A DNA stretch of 64,000 bases from Octopus sinensis (GCF_006345805.1 NC_043002.1:101990001-102054000), one strand, 5' to 3'; counted from the stretch's first letter, positions 41,373 through 54,920 are shown. Notes: generated by a model not told the origin, from the letters alone. Program-made: numbers and translations.

Positions 41373-43049
41373 GTATCAAGTTGGATGCTATAGCGGGCCG
41401 AATGATCGATTCCCAGAAATATTACATGCCCACCCTATAGTATCGATCAGCTGAAAATACTGGGAGGTCACTATCGGTCCCAGGTGGGATGATACTATCC
41501 ATTTCAACCCGTAATGTAAAGTCGTTTTTATATAAATGTACGTATGTATATATGTGTGTGTGTATGTATGGATGGATGGATATGTGTATGTATCTCTTAA
41601 AATACGCACAAATATATTGTGTGCTTATATGTGTGTGTTAATGTGATGTGTTTGCGTAAGTGTGAGTGTACATGCATACTTTTATGTATGTATGTATGTG
41701 TGTACGCGTATATGTATATAGAATCTTACACCATTTTTACCTGGCGTTTCATAGCTTCTAGCCCAGACCCTATCACACACACACAGAGCATTGCTAATAA
41801 ATATTATATCAATAAATATATCAATAAACTCTCGTTAATTATTGAACTAGAAACTTATCGGACAGTAAAGCACGAAATAGCAATAGAAACATCTTGGTAG
41901 TGCGTCACCGTATTGTCTGCTGAGCAGTGCGAGGTTCTTTAGGGAGAAATTTACTGAATGGAACACATAAAATAGTTTATATGTTGTATAATTTCATTCT
42001 GTTGAACAACTAAAATTTATTAAGCAGACATACATAAATACATACAGTGATACATACGCACTTGGATGTATATATACATGCATATATATTTATGTTCACG
42101 TGTTTTTAACGTCCTTTACCTAAAAATGCATGTATATATACATATATATGTAGGTATGTATACATATATATGTAGGTATGTATATATATATATATATATA
42201 TAATATATATATATATATATAAGTATATACATATATGTATGTGTATATGAATATATATCATATCATTATTATTATTATATATATACATATACATATATGT
42301 ATGGATATATATATAAGCGTATGTATGCCTATATATATGCATACACACACGCATACATATATATCTCCATACAATTCACACGTATAAGCATATATATGTC
42401 CTCACAAATATATTTATATCATTATATACATATACATAAATATGTGTGTTTGACTGTCTGTGTGAGTATGTGTGTATGTGTGTATACATACTATACACAC
42501 GTATAAATATTTGATGTCTGCTTACAAAATTATAGAATCTTACGTCATTATATATATATATATACACGCCCAAACACTTATACACACATACCATATAGGC
42601 TATATACACATTCATACGCAAGTACATTCTCACATACCTATATACAATCCGTCTTGCCGTCTATGTATGTAAGCTTACATATGTCTTCGAAACAGTTTTT
42701 GTTCACGTATTACTGTGAAAAAGGACAATTATTTAAGTTATTTCTTGGTGATCGCAAAGGTAATCGTATCTCCATTTTAAACTTCCATTGTTTGAATGAT
42801 TTAAAGGGAATACAGCGATATTCTGAAATATCTATGGTATAAAGTGCCACTCCTTTCCAGAATTGGTCGCCCTATCTTTAGCTCTAGTATGTTCCGTACA
42901 GTATCATCTCCAAGGTGATGACACGAAATGTAGACATATACTTATTCACAGAACATCTCGAATTTAAATATCCTCAAATATAGCCTAGAAAATGTAGATT
43001 AAGTTGATATATATAGTTTTTAATATATCCACACTTAGCGGAGACCAGC

Positions 43050-43570
43050 CTAGGGAGTTTGGGAACAAATTCGGAACAAGTTGCATGAACAGATTCTTCG
43101 GGATTTCGGCTCAGCAATTTCGCAAATGGTTCTCAAGATCTCTTAGAGGTCAATAACAAGAAAGATAGACGGCATGATAGGCATTGACTATTGGGGTCCA
43201 CTGAAAAAACTCAATCTTTCCAACGCCGCCGGGAACGCTACATCATTTGTGTGGAAAAAGTTCCATCAATATTGCACCGATGATGTTGGCATTAATTATA
43301 AAATCCATCCAAAACTAGGGGCTCCGTGCTATCCAACCACTACAAATATCGAACTAAGGACACATAACAACATGACGCCGCAACATGACGGTCCAGCTCT
43401 CTTTAATAACATACCAAATTACATCGAAACGGAAACGGATCCCCTACAATTCAAAAGTTCACTGGACAAATTTCTTCAAAAACATCCCGGACCAACCTCC
43501 TACACCCGGATATGTCTCCCACAATAATAACACTTTGCTACAGTGGGCCATGGTGCCCCATATATGACTA
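43050..43570 (+). mobile_element. CR1/L2-group LINE 3' end
   Basis: ..GMIGIDYWGPLKKLNL(S)LQRRRERYIICVWKK..DGPALFNNIPNYI..FKSSLDKFLQK(H)PDQPPTPGY, the same C-terminal signature as 30690-31860. Confidence 0.8.
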
Positions 43571-43645
43571 AAAGACTTCACCGGGGGGAGCTATTAAATT
43601 ATACATCACCTGGGCCGATACTGGCCGAAACCTATCAAAGTTATC

Positions 43646-43725
<80 letters not shown>

Positions 43726-43794
43726 ATACATACAGTCATGCAAACAGAAACACGTACATTCATACATATATACATACATAATACATATATATAC

Positions 43795-43842
<48 letters not shown>

Positions 43843-44514
43843 TTATGTGAAATGACTTCAGTTTTAAACTTGTATTAAATACACGACCATATTCGAGGTT
43901 CAAAAGTTTTATTTATTTCTCCCATATTTTGCCTAAATCCATCAGAATCAATGAATTTTCTGACCCTCATCTTCTGGATTTAAATTGTTAATGCCATGTA
44001 TGTATCTCCTTGATATCTTAAGCCTTTACGTTTACGGCCAGCTCGTGAAACTTGTGCGTTAAAGTTATTATATATCGTTATTGACACACGAGTCTTATTT
44101 ATTAGTTGTATGATGTTTGTTTTGCCTTCATGTGTATACAACCATTGTGATGTGCTATGAACACTTTTTTCAAACATGACCGACTATTTTGGTAAGGAAT
44201 TCTACGCAATGTTTGCCTACAATGTAATGGGTATGTGTATAGTTGTGCTTTATATCGTTCTGTTCGATATGATGCATTTGTTCATTATTACGGCAGAAAA
44301 ATCTTACTTTTATTTCCTCCGAGACGAGAAAGTAAGTTTAAATCAACTAGACTGTAAGTATTAATCGACGCCTAACAAAATATAATTTACACCATTTATA
44401 TACTATATACTATATATATTATATGTATATATGAATATATTATATATATGTGTGTGTGCGTGTTTATGTATATAAATATATATATTTATATATATATATA
44501 ATATACTTATACAT

Positions 44515-44561
<47 letters not shown>

Positions 44562-44617
44562 ATATATGAATATATATATGTATGAATATATATATGTATG
44601 TATATAATATATATGTA

Positions 44618-44660
<43 letters not shown>

Positions 44661-45038
44661 GTATATGTATATATATATTTGTGTATATATATATGTATAT
44701 ATATATATATTTGTATATATATATATATATATTTGTATACATATATATATGTATATATATATGTATGTATGTATAAGTATAATATATATATATTTATATA
44801 TTTATATGCATACACACGCACACACATATATATATATATTTGACATGCTCAACAAAGCGTGAGGTCTAAACCAAACACCAATAAACTGAAGTAATTTAGT
44901 AAAGCCACACATTGACTGGTTAGAATACAGTTTGCATAAATTAACATTCCGGTATCTATGCAAATATATTTAAGGCACAGTTTAGCCATATCACTACAGT
45001 TGTAAATTATAAAACATAACTGTCACTACTACTATATA

Positions 45039-45079
45039 AACCTGAAGATTGCATAGATTAATGCATGAAAGTAGTAGTT
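45039..45079 (+). ncRNA. Decayed minimal type I hammerhead
   Basis: aac CUGAAGA u ugcau agauua augca u GAAA g ua g UA guu: core and a 5-bp stem II are intact, but 15.2-16.2 is G.G and stem I is only 3 bp. Confidence 0.5.
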
Positions 45080-45989
45080 CAGTCAGAATGGACGTTTAAT
45101 TTTCTATCATTTCATAATATTTTATTATCTTATTACAAGACTGTAAATAAAACGTGAAAATCAAAGTTGGAATATCTTTGGGTAATACACATACATACAC
45201 AAACACGCACACATATTTATGCTGTCATGTAGTCATGTAATCCCTAAGTACCTACTATGAAATTGTGGATTGCATATTTAAAATAGATTGGCTTTCATCG
45301 TACGACGGTTTAGATTTTTAATGGTGAAAATTTAACAAAAGTTTCAAGGCTGAAAGGAGACTGGAATTTGCTCCATCTATACAATAAATAATTCCAGAGC
45401 AACTGGCATCTATCTCTGATATTTCAGGCCTCCCTGTCAAATTAGAATCTTATACGTTCATAAACACAATACTAAATTCTTAGATCTGATTTGATCTCAC
45501 AATTTACTTAGTCTGTAATCTTACATTCTCACCAAGCGGTTTAAGATTTATTTCATAGCCAAAGATAGGTTGTTTGAAGTAGCATTTGACGCGCTGCTAT
45601 TTCTAATATATATATATTATCTCATTTAAAGTGGGTGCATTTATGCTAATATAATGACATATCTGGTTAAACGTATTATGAATGATAGGTGTCAAGCAAT
45701 TTAAGTAGTAAACGAAGTTAATTAGAGTTGATAATTAGAAATAGGTTAATTATAGTAACTGCTAGCAGTATATCTAATTGAAATATTTACATGAGTATAA
45801 ACAATTTTTTATGAGAAATAGATAACCGTTTATTAAGTGTCGCTTTATGTTTAATCGTTGACGAGGATTTAACGATGTGAGATATTCCTATGTTAGTTTG
45901 GACAAAGTTTAGGAGCTGGTTTCTAATTGCCGTTGCTATTTTTGTCTTCGCAGTCTCGTCATCGTTGCAGGAAGATTCTCATTCTCCAA

Positions 45990-47030
45990 AACTAAATATA
46001 GTTGTTCATCATTATTATCCTTATTCAGTAGTCGTATTTTCATCACGTCATTTCGCTACACTGCCGAGTGCAGATCTGTGTGCCTTGGATATGCGATCTG
46101 GTTTGTTGTAGTGCTCTTATTTTCACTGTATTGAAAGTACTTTACCTAGGTTGTGCGCGGGGGCCAAGTAGTCCTACTTTTTGTAAGTTATATATATTCG
46201 TAAGTCGTGCTGTTTTGGATATGTATTTGTCAGAATTGCTTTTAATCACACCTGTGGCGGCGCAATGGCCCAGTGGTTAGGGCAGCGGACTCGCGGTCGT
46301 AGGATCGCGGTTTCGATTCCCAGACCGGGCGTTGTGAGTGTTTATTGAGCGAAAAACGCCTAAAGCTCCACGAGGCTCCGGCAGGGGGTGGTGGTGATCC
46401 CAGCTGTACCCTTTCACCACAACTTTCTCTCACTCTTACTTCCTGTTTCTATCGTACCTCTATTTCAAAGGGCCGGCCTTGTCACTCTCTGTGTCACGCT
46501 GAATATCCCCGAGAACTACGTTAAGGGTACACGTGTCTGTGGAGTGCTCAGCCACTTACACGTTAATTTCACGAGCAGGCTGTTCCGTTGATTCGGATCA
46601 ACCGGAACCCTCGTCGTCGTAAGCGACAGAGTGCTTCCATAATCACACCTAATATGTCTAGTATTATAGTGATTCTTTCTGCATTTAGGCTCCACATTTG
46701 GTTTAACTCTATTTCCAGATAATCGTATTTTGAGAGTTTCTCCGTTTCTTTTAGAGAAAAGTTGTCAGCTGTCAGTTAGCAGGCATTTTATTTCTGGGTG
46801 ATCTCTGATAACTACACTCGATCTATTAGACTTGACTTCTCAGTCTGTATGCATTGGAAAATCCCAGAGTATGGTTACTTTGTCAATTTCTGTGACCTTT
46901 TCTGGGGTGTGCCTATAACAATGTTTTTTTCTGTTGTTATTCCATAGTGTAGGCATAGCTTCCAGTGCATATGTGTCCCAACTCTGCCATGCCTGTTGAT
47001 ATATTCCTTCTTAGCCAGGACTGGGCTATA
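45990..47030 (-). mobile_element. R4/Dong-like LINE 3' fragment (restriction-like endonuclease to 3' UTR), split by a SINE
   Basis: PVLAKKEYINRHGRVGTHMHWKLC..KVTILWDFPMHTD*EVKSNR..KETEKLSKY..LEIEL..MW..ILGVI | KSNSDKYI..NLQKVGLLG..LGKVLSIQ*. Confidence 0.85.
46254..46639 (+). mobile_element. SINE family C (tRNA-derived head), full length with 11-bp TSD
   Basis: Head ggcgcaatggcccagtggttagggcagcggactcgcggtcgtaggatcgcggtttcgattcccagaccgggcg (A box tggcccagtggtt, B box gtttcgattcc); TSD taatcacacct at 46243-46253 and 46640-46650. Confidence 0.93.
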
Positions 47031-47047
47031 TATATATATTATTATGA

Positions 47048-47280
47048 AAGACGGTGAGCTGGCAGAAACGTTAGCACGCCGGGCGAAATGCGTAGCCGTA
47101 TTTCGTCTGCCGCTACGTTCTGAGTTCAAATTCCGCCGAGGTCGACTTTGCCTTTCATCCGTTCGGGGTCGATAAATTAAGTACCAGTTACGCACTGGGA
47201 TCGATGTAATCGACTTAATCCGTTTGTCTGTCCTTGTTTGTCCCCTCTGAGTTTAGCCCCTTGTGGGTAGTAAAGAAATA
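47048..47280 (+). mobile_element. SINE family A, full length
   Basis: gagctggcagaaacgttagcacgccgggcgaaatgcg...gttcaaattccgccgaggtcgactttgcctttcatccgttcggggtcgataaattaagtaccagtt...gtagtaaagaaata. Confidence 0.92.
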
Positions 47281-47493
47281 CATATATATATTATTAATAT
47301 CTTCTTTTTAACACATGTTTTGTAGGAACTTCCGGAGTCTTGTAAGCGTAGGTGGGCTTAGTACCTGCAGCCTACGGTACCATGCATATGTTTCTTAGCC
47401 AGCTCATTCTCTTATGTAATAATTAGTCAACGTGGAGATCTCAGCTAGCTACTTACCGGGCCGAGGATACCTTAATCATATATAGGTTACATC

Positions 47494-47722
47494 AAAGGTG
47501 GCGAGCTGGCAGAAACGTTAGCGCGCCGGGCGAAATGTTTAGCGGTATTTTGTCTGTTCTAAGTTCAAATGTTCTAAGTTCAAATTCCACCGAGGTCGAC
47601 TTTGCCTTTCATCCTTTCGGGGTCGATAAATAAAGTACCAGTTTTGCAACTGGGGTCATTGTGATTCCTTTGTCCTTGTTTGTCCCCTCTATGTTTAGCC
47701 CCTTGTGGGCAGTAAAGAAATA
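47494..47722 (+). mobile_element. SINE family A with 17-bp TSD
   Basis: Flanked by catatataggttacatc at 47477-47493 and 47723-47739. Confidence 0.93.
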
Positions 47723-48783
47723 CATATATAGGTTACATCGCCATTTGGGATTTCCAAGTTAACTCACCGAAATGTAATCTGGGGTCAGTGGCGAAGCCGG
47801 AAGAAGAGAATACAAATTACAGCAACTGCCTTAATGATCGAAGCGACCTCATTCTTAATTGCAAACGCAAATTATGCTATACACTCTCATGGTACAATGA
47901 TAACGCCTTCCCCGATAATTCCCAAGCGAATCATCCTGCAACCTCACCTCCCACTTAAATTTGTTCTACGCATTTATAACGTTGCCCTTTTTTAAATGTA
48001 TTTTTTCAATGTATTTTCTTAACTTTGCGATGTCTTTATATCTTCTGTGCCGCATATGGGGATATGCTTGCACCTACGCATATCCCACCCTTTTCTTTAT
48101 TCTTAACGACCTTATACGATTCCCCACTCTCAAATATTTGATCCCTTCCTTCTCTTTTCTGCAAACTTTTATTCATATATTTTGTTTTGTTTATTTCTTA
48201 TTTCTATTCTGTTCTTCTTGCTTCGCCACTCATTTCAAATTTCATCTTACTGGAGGTAATTTGAAATTTATCTAACGACAATATATAACCTTCTTATAAT
48301 TAAGGCACCTTCCGCCTGCTAGCTGAGTATCCTAAGTTTAGTAATTATTACCTCACTGTATTTGCTAGCTAAGTCAACATATGTAGTTTGAATTTTACCT
48401 GTTACTCAATTTGAGCTTTTATTCGCATTCATTGCAAATCTAGTTGCTAAAATTGATCTACACACAAATTCTTTCTGCTTATCGAAATTCTATATTCGAA
48501 GGCCTAAAGCCGTCAACGACAATAAATTATTATTATTATTGTTCCTGTATGTCGTTTTTTATACCTACCACAGACTGCTCGTAGCATACAAACTTCCTAC
48601 CCTCAGATCCTTGGATTTTATAATTACATATACATTCATACACACACATACACACACATACGCACACTCACACGCACACCCATAAACGCATATATATGAA
48701 TATATGTATGTATATATGCATGTTTGTATATATATATATATATATGTATACATACACACACACATATATACATACATATATTT

Positions 48784-48837
<54 letters not shown>

Positions 48838-50088
48838 GTACGCGTGTTATAGCTATCGTACCCATAATTCACGATTCCATTGCAGTTTCTGTATTTTCAC
48901 TTAAGGCATTCAAACAAGATTCCATTACAACGCGTACACCTCCAACATCAGAGATGTTTCCATTCCGACATTCAAAATATTTGTAAGTAGTAGATATTAA
49001 GTACGACTCTGAAGATCAGTTGAACTGTGCTGGTGGATTTTAAACTTTAACTGCACTGTTTGTTGTCTGGTAGCTGCCGGCTCTACGAAGTTGGAACAGA
49101 ACTACAGCACTAAACCTATTTCAGTCTGAGGAGAACTGGTGCGTTTCATACATCAAAACAAATCCGGAAGCGTTCATGATTTTCATTGGTTATTTATGTC
49201 TAAGACATTCATTCACACTGATTCACAAAGACACATGCACACCGGCAGATGATCATAACGCAGATTTAGAAATATACTTATCTCACACGCACTTTCATCA
49301 GCTCCATGATCTCCCACAGATATAAGAGAGACCTTTGTTTTATACACAAACACGTCTGTCATTAACAGCATATGTGTACCTTTCCCCCCTCTCACACACA
49401 AACACACACACACACAAACACCACACAGACCACACATACACACACATACACGCAAACACCCACTTAGACGGAATATTTAGGGCAAAGCTATGTCGTATGA
49501 GGCCGAAACAATGTAAAATGAAATATAAGATTGACCACAAAAGGGAAGTTACCTGACAGTCGAAGGTTTATATTAGATTTCGATAGTTCTGTACTGTAAC
49601 CTATTACCCAGGACACAGGAGAAATGAGAGGGATTCCGTGGTTGCCCAGATAATAGTGACATGCATAGACATGTGTTGTTAGAGTATCCAATCTACCTCC
49701 TGTAAATCTTTTCTATTCCTTAAAGTTGGTCTCACATTCTAAATACAAAAGGGTGCATTCATTCAAGATTTGCCCATATAACGCTGAGTGACCATGAGGT
49801 GCACTGTGCAGTTCTGACGATTCTGTAGGTACATATGCTTTTTACCACCAACAGAAGGGCCGGCTACAAACTCAATCACAATAAATAAAAACACTCAAAA
49901 AACAACTGCGAAGGATAATGCAACAGTAGATCCGTAAATCGCAGAATAGCTAAGACGTATATCGGAATATATCGGCAACTTGGGTCGTGTCTTGTAACAT
50001 AAGCCCGAACCGAACAATGCATCGCGTGTGGAATTTGTAGAGAAAGACTGAAAGAAGTCCATTCTACTGACATATATACAGGCATTTT

Positions 50089-50375
50089 ATTTACTTGTTT
50101 CAGTCATTTGATTGTGGCCATACTGGAACAACACAATTATTCGAAGAAATAGACCCCAGGACCTTTTCTTTGTAAGCCTGGTAATTATTCTATCGATCAC
50201 ATTTTCTGAACCGCAAAGTTTCGGGGACGTGAACACACCAATATCAGCTGTGAAGCGAGGATAGGGGTGGACAAACAGAGACAACACACACACAAATAAA
50301 TAAATATTTATATACGACGGGATTCTATCAGTTTCCGTTCACCAACTCCATTCCCAAGGCGTTGGTCGGACCATG
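50089..50375 (-). mobile_element. SINE family B, 5'-truncated and diverged
   Basis: tttacttgtttcagtcatttgattgtggccatactgga...ggggacgtgaacacacc...atacgacgggattctatcagtttccg matches 7941-8330. Confidence 0.8.
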
Positions 50376-51189
50376 CTATGCGTCTGTCTGGAGGTGGGTT
50401 CATTAAAAAAAAATCAGTCAAGGTGTACTCCAGCATAGCTAATGTAAAGAACAGGGTTTCTTGTTTCTTACGGAATTATGAAGCTACAATTTTATAACCA
50501 CATCTAGTCTTTTATTAGCAGATAGAGTGTACAGTGTGCGAGCCCTACGTATCGATGTTGCCACTATTTTCAAACAGATGGAGTCTAATTTTGCATGCCA
50601 AAAATTCTAGAACATTTTAAACTGAAATACTATATCACTTTGGGTTAACTTCAGCTCCCTTCTGAATCTGTTATCAAATATTTTGAACGTTGAGTAATTG
50701 CAAGTGTATATTAATAATTTATAGATTATTACTCAGAAATTTGGAAATGCTCTTCATCCATTGACGCATTTTCTAAACTTTTAACGAATAGATATTTCTG
50801 GTATATGTAAGAAATATATATTCCCATTAACGATATTTCTCCTGAAGATCCAGACTATTTTATGCGATAAGAAATTAGAAAAAAAAAAGAAAATAACTTT
50901 TAAAATACTTAAATATCAGAATGACATTTTAATCATCAAAAATACATCAAACAGTATGCTCGGAAAGAAATGAAGGCACAAAAATAAGAGTAACATACGT
51001 AATTGTAAGCTGCCTCGATGTAATTACAAATCGTTATTTTGAAATTAGAATATTTTCTATTTTATTGAAACCTTTTGGAAAATTATCAAGGACAAAGAAA
51101 GATTTGTGGTATGTTTCGGAAATATCTATTTCTCCAATTAATATAAGTATAAACCCATTGTGTATTCAAAAATTAATAATCGTATCTAG

Positions 51190-51365
51190 CAGAGGCACAA
51201 AGCCTGAAAGTTTGCGGAAAGAGACAGAAGATTATATGGACCTTAATTAGGAAATGGCGATTCTTTTATTGAAATCTGGCAAGATGGAAGTTAAACTTGA
51301 CCTTGGCACAATATGAATTAAGACTGTAATTGCCGAGGATATGTTGCTAAGCATTTTCTCCGCCT
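51190..51365 (-). mobile_element. SINE family A, old degenerate copy
   Basis: aggcacaaagcctgaaagtt...tttattgaaatctggcaagatggaagttaaacttgaccttggcacaatatgaatt is a decayed match to 16655-16825. Confidence 0.55.
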
Positions 51366-51688
51366 AGATAACGATTCTAATAAAAATTCCTAATTAAGGA
51401 ATCAAAAGTAGAGTTCTTTCAGATGTAGAGTCGGTCATTACTTACCCTCCAATGATGAGTTGATTCCTGCGAGATTAATGATTTATAGTAACGGAAATGT
51501 GTCAGATTTAGCTCTATGCGAAATAAAGCGTGTTATTGTTTGAAACAATGCCGCAAAGTATTTTGGTTAGCATGCTAACGATTCCACCAGTTCACCGTCG
51601 TGACTTCATATTGCAATTCGCAGGATTTCGTACGGACAATCACCTACGAAATCGGTGAAGGTAACGACAACATCGGTGATAAGAATAA

Positions 51689-51895
51689 GATGAATGTGAT
51701 GCTGGTGATGCTGCTGATGCTGTTGCTGCTGCTGCTGCTGATGATGATGATGGAGTTGCTGGTGCTGGTGATGCTGATGCTGATGAAGAAGATAACGATG
51801 ACGATGATGCGGCTGGAGGTAATGGTGATAATGAAGAGCTTGCGGATGATGATGACGATGACGACGACGACGACGACGACGATGATGATGATGAC

Positions 51896-51941
<46 letters not shown>

Positions 51942-52063
51942 TTGCTGGTGCTGGTGATGCTGATGCTGATGAAGAAGATAACGATGACGATGATGCGGCT
52001 GGAGGTAATGGTGATAATGAAGAGCTTGCGGATGACGATGACGATGACGACGACGACGACGAC

Positions 52064-52094
<31 letters not shown>

Positions 52095-52224
52095 TGATGG
52101 AGTTGCTGGTGCTGGTGATGCTGATGCTGATGAAGAAGATAACGATGACGATGATGCGGCTGGAGGTAATGGTGATAATGAAGAGCTTGCGGATGACGAT
52201 GACGATGACGACGACGACGACGAC

Positions 52225-52261
<37 letters not shown>

Positions 52262-52386
52262 TTGCTGGTGCTGGTGATGCTGATGCTGATGAAGAAGATA
52301 ACGATGACGATGATGCGGCTGGAGGTAATGGTGATAATGAAGAGCTTGCGGATGACGATGATGATGACGACGAGGACGATGACGAC

Positions 52387-52417
<31 letters not shown>

Positions 52418-52541
52418 TTGCTGGTGCTGGTGATGCTGATGCTGATGAAGAAGATAACGATGACGATGATGCGGCTGGAGGTAATGGTGATAATGAAGAG
52501 CTTGCGGATGACGATGACGATGACGACGACGACGACGATAA

Positions 52542-52573
<32 letters not shown>

Positions 52574-52692
52574 TTGCTGGTGCTGGTGATGCTGATGCTG
52601 ATGAAGAAGATAACGATGACGATGATGCGGCTGGAGGTAATGGTGATAATGAAGAGCTTGCGGATGACGATGACGATGACGACGACGACGAC

Positions 52693-52726
<34 letters not shown>

Positions 52727-52847
52727 TTGCTGGTGCTGGTGATGCTGATGCTGATGAAGAAGGTAACGATGACGATGATGCGGCTGGAGGTAATGGTGAT
52801 AATGAAGAGCTTGCGGATGACGATGACGATGACGACGACGACGACGT

Positions 52848-52894
<47 letters not shown>

Positions 52895-53013
52895 TTGCTG
52901 GTGCTGGTGATGCTGATGCTGATGAAGAAGATAACGATGACGATGATGCGGCTGGAGGTAATGGTGATAATGAAGAGCTTGCGGATGACGATGACGATGA
53001 CGACGACGACGAC

Positions 53014-53053
<40 letters not shown>

Positions 53054-53235
53054 TTGCTGGTGCTGGTGATGCTGATGCTGATGAAGAAGATAACGATGGC
53101 GATGATGCGGCTGGAGGTAATGGTGATAATGAAGAGCTTGCGGATGATGATGACGATGACGACGACGACGACGACGACGATGATGATGATGATGATGATG
53201 ATGATGACAACGACGATGGTGCTTTGGCAATATAG
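51689..53235 (+). CDS. Putative Asp-rich (aspein/Asprich-like composition) repeat exon, ~515 aa, one 1-nt frameshift at ~52094
   Basis: The GAT frame is not in the ORF track because it has no ATG. It reads DECDAGDAADAVAAAAADDDD[GVAGAGDADADEEDNDDDDAAGGNGDNEELA(D)20-30]x9..NDDGALAI*, TAG at 53233-53235, stop-free apart from gat>gt at 52094. No start codon or transcript evidence is visible. Confidence 0.3.
51752..53220 (+). repeat. Nine-unit minisatellite: fixed 93-bp core plus a variable (GAC)n(GAT)m tract
   Basis: The core ggagttgctggtgctggtgatgctgatgctgatgaagaagataacgatgacgatgatgcggctggaggtaatggtgataatgaagagcttgcg starts at 51752, 51938, 52099, 52258, 52414, 52570, 52723, 52891 and 53050. 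Confidence 0.97.
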
Positions 53236-54920
53236 GTGATGGTGGTATATTGGTTTGGAAAGCTGAGTGCATATGACAGTGGAGGATGCGTAATATACTG
53301 CAACAATTATATCGTGTAGCGGTGGGTAGCCTACATATGATAAATTAGAGGAAATAGTTCAGATGTAGAGTTTGATAGACTTTCATATCACAGACACAAT
53401 CAGAAAAAAATCATATGAGCACACGAACATGTCTACCAAACACCAATTGATACATATATCCCTACATACATACGAACATATATATATATGAGTGAGTGTG
53501 TGTATCTGTGTGTCTATATATATATATGTGTATGTGTAAGCATGTATATGTCTGTGCTCATGTGTGTGTGTTTGAGTGTACAGAACCACACACATACACA
53601 TACATATATATATATATATACATATATATTTACTTATCTAAAAATGTATATATACACGTGTGTGCGTTTGTGTGTAGATGTGTGTATTTATGAGATTGCG
53701 TTCGTCCTTTGGAAGCTGTGTGACTATTATTCTATAGCTAGCTATAAGTATTTATTATAATAGGTCTAGAAGAGATGGAAATGGAAGGACGGTGTTCGGG
53801 TAAAGAACTAGTAGGGTAATATATATTGTTACAAGTTACAAATGAAAGAAGAACAGACAAATAATATTACACAGGAGAATCTGTTTCAATTATTGATATT
53901 ATAGAGATTTATTTCCCCACTTATATTTAATTATTTTATCCTTATATTGTACGTCGTTTTTTTATATTTCGGTTTGTGGCCTTTTAAACCATTATGTAGG
54001 TTAGCCTTTGATCCGTTAAACCTTATATATTTCTATATATGTTCATATATATATATAATATATATATATATATTATATATATATATATATATTATATATA
54101 TATATATATTATATATATTATATATATATATATATATATGTTCATATATATATATATTATATATATATATATATATACATGTATATATATATATGTGTGT
54201 GTACATATATATGTGTACACACTTATATACAAACGTCGATATATCTATGTATACATATTATATTTATATATATATATACATATATATATATAATGTGTGT
54301 ATGTGGGTATATATACACACACATATCTATGTAGGTATGTAATGTATGTATTAATATGCATATAGACTCTCAGATATATATACACATATATACCCAAGCA
54401 AATAACCATATGCGTATATGCATGTACGTTTCTGTGAACTAGTATACGTGTTTAAAATATCTGGTTATGTTTATGCCCATAGTTATGTTTATGTGTGTGT
54501 ACACGTTCGTGCGCCATTTCGTGTGCGTGAGTTTGCGAGTGTGTGTTCGTATATGTGTACAAGTAGATGTCTTGCAACGATATTTCCAAGTATCTCTCGG
54601 CCACAAAAGGACACTGACTATTAGTCGATATGAATATAGTTTGTTTGACAAGATCTACTGGAAAAATGAAAATGAAAATATCAGTTTCTCATAAAGGTAG
54701 ATTGCTCATAACCATATGAAATTTAATTCCGTATCTGAATTTTGTCAAGTTTCTGCAGTTACTAAACTAGGCTAAAAGTACTGAATGGTTTAAAAGTTTA
54801 TCTCATTCTACTTATTTCGTATTTCGTTTAGTTGTATTTAGCTGCAATAATTTGATGGCTGTTTGCTGTTTTTTGTAACACACTATAGAGCAAACAAATA
54901 TATATATATATATACTATAT

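Noticed and set aside
43611-43632. ggcc-gatact-ggcc-gaaac after the LINE 3' end as a hammerhead
   Set aside because: Stem II and GAAAC are present but the CUGANGA half of the core is missing.
46254-46335. tRNA gene call for the SINE heads (also 59340-59418)
   Set aside because: A and B boxes are present, but the sequence continues into SINE body, is TSD-flanked and lacks a proper acceptor stem.
49009-49035. ctgaaga-t-cag-ttgaa-ctg-t-gctg as a hammerhead
   Set aside because: No GAAA follows stem II.
49890-50065. Minus-strand frame MDFFQSFSTNSTRDALFGSGLCY...VALSFAVVF as a possible first exon
   Set aside because: Only ~55 codons before a stop, with no recognisable homology or donor site.
51752-53220. 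CRISPR-like repeat-spacer appearance
   Set aside because: The 93-bp constant part is too long, the spacers are just variable (GAC/GAT) runs, there are no cas genes and the context is eukaryotic.
51600-53306. Poly-Met (plus), poly-Ser and poly-His (minus) ORFs of 165-566 aa
   Set aside because: They are alternative-frame shadows of the (GAT/GAC) minisatellite and switch composition at the 52094 indel. The Asp frame is the only biologically familiar reading, and even that is unproven.
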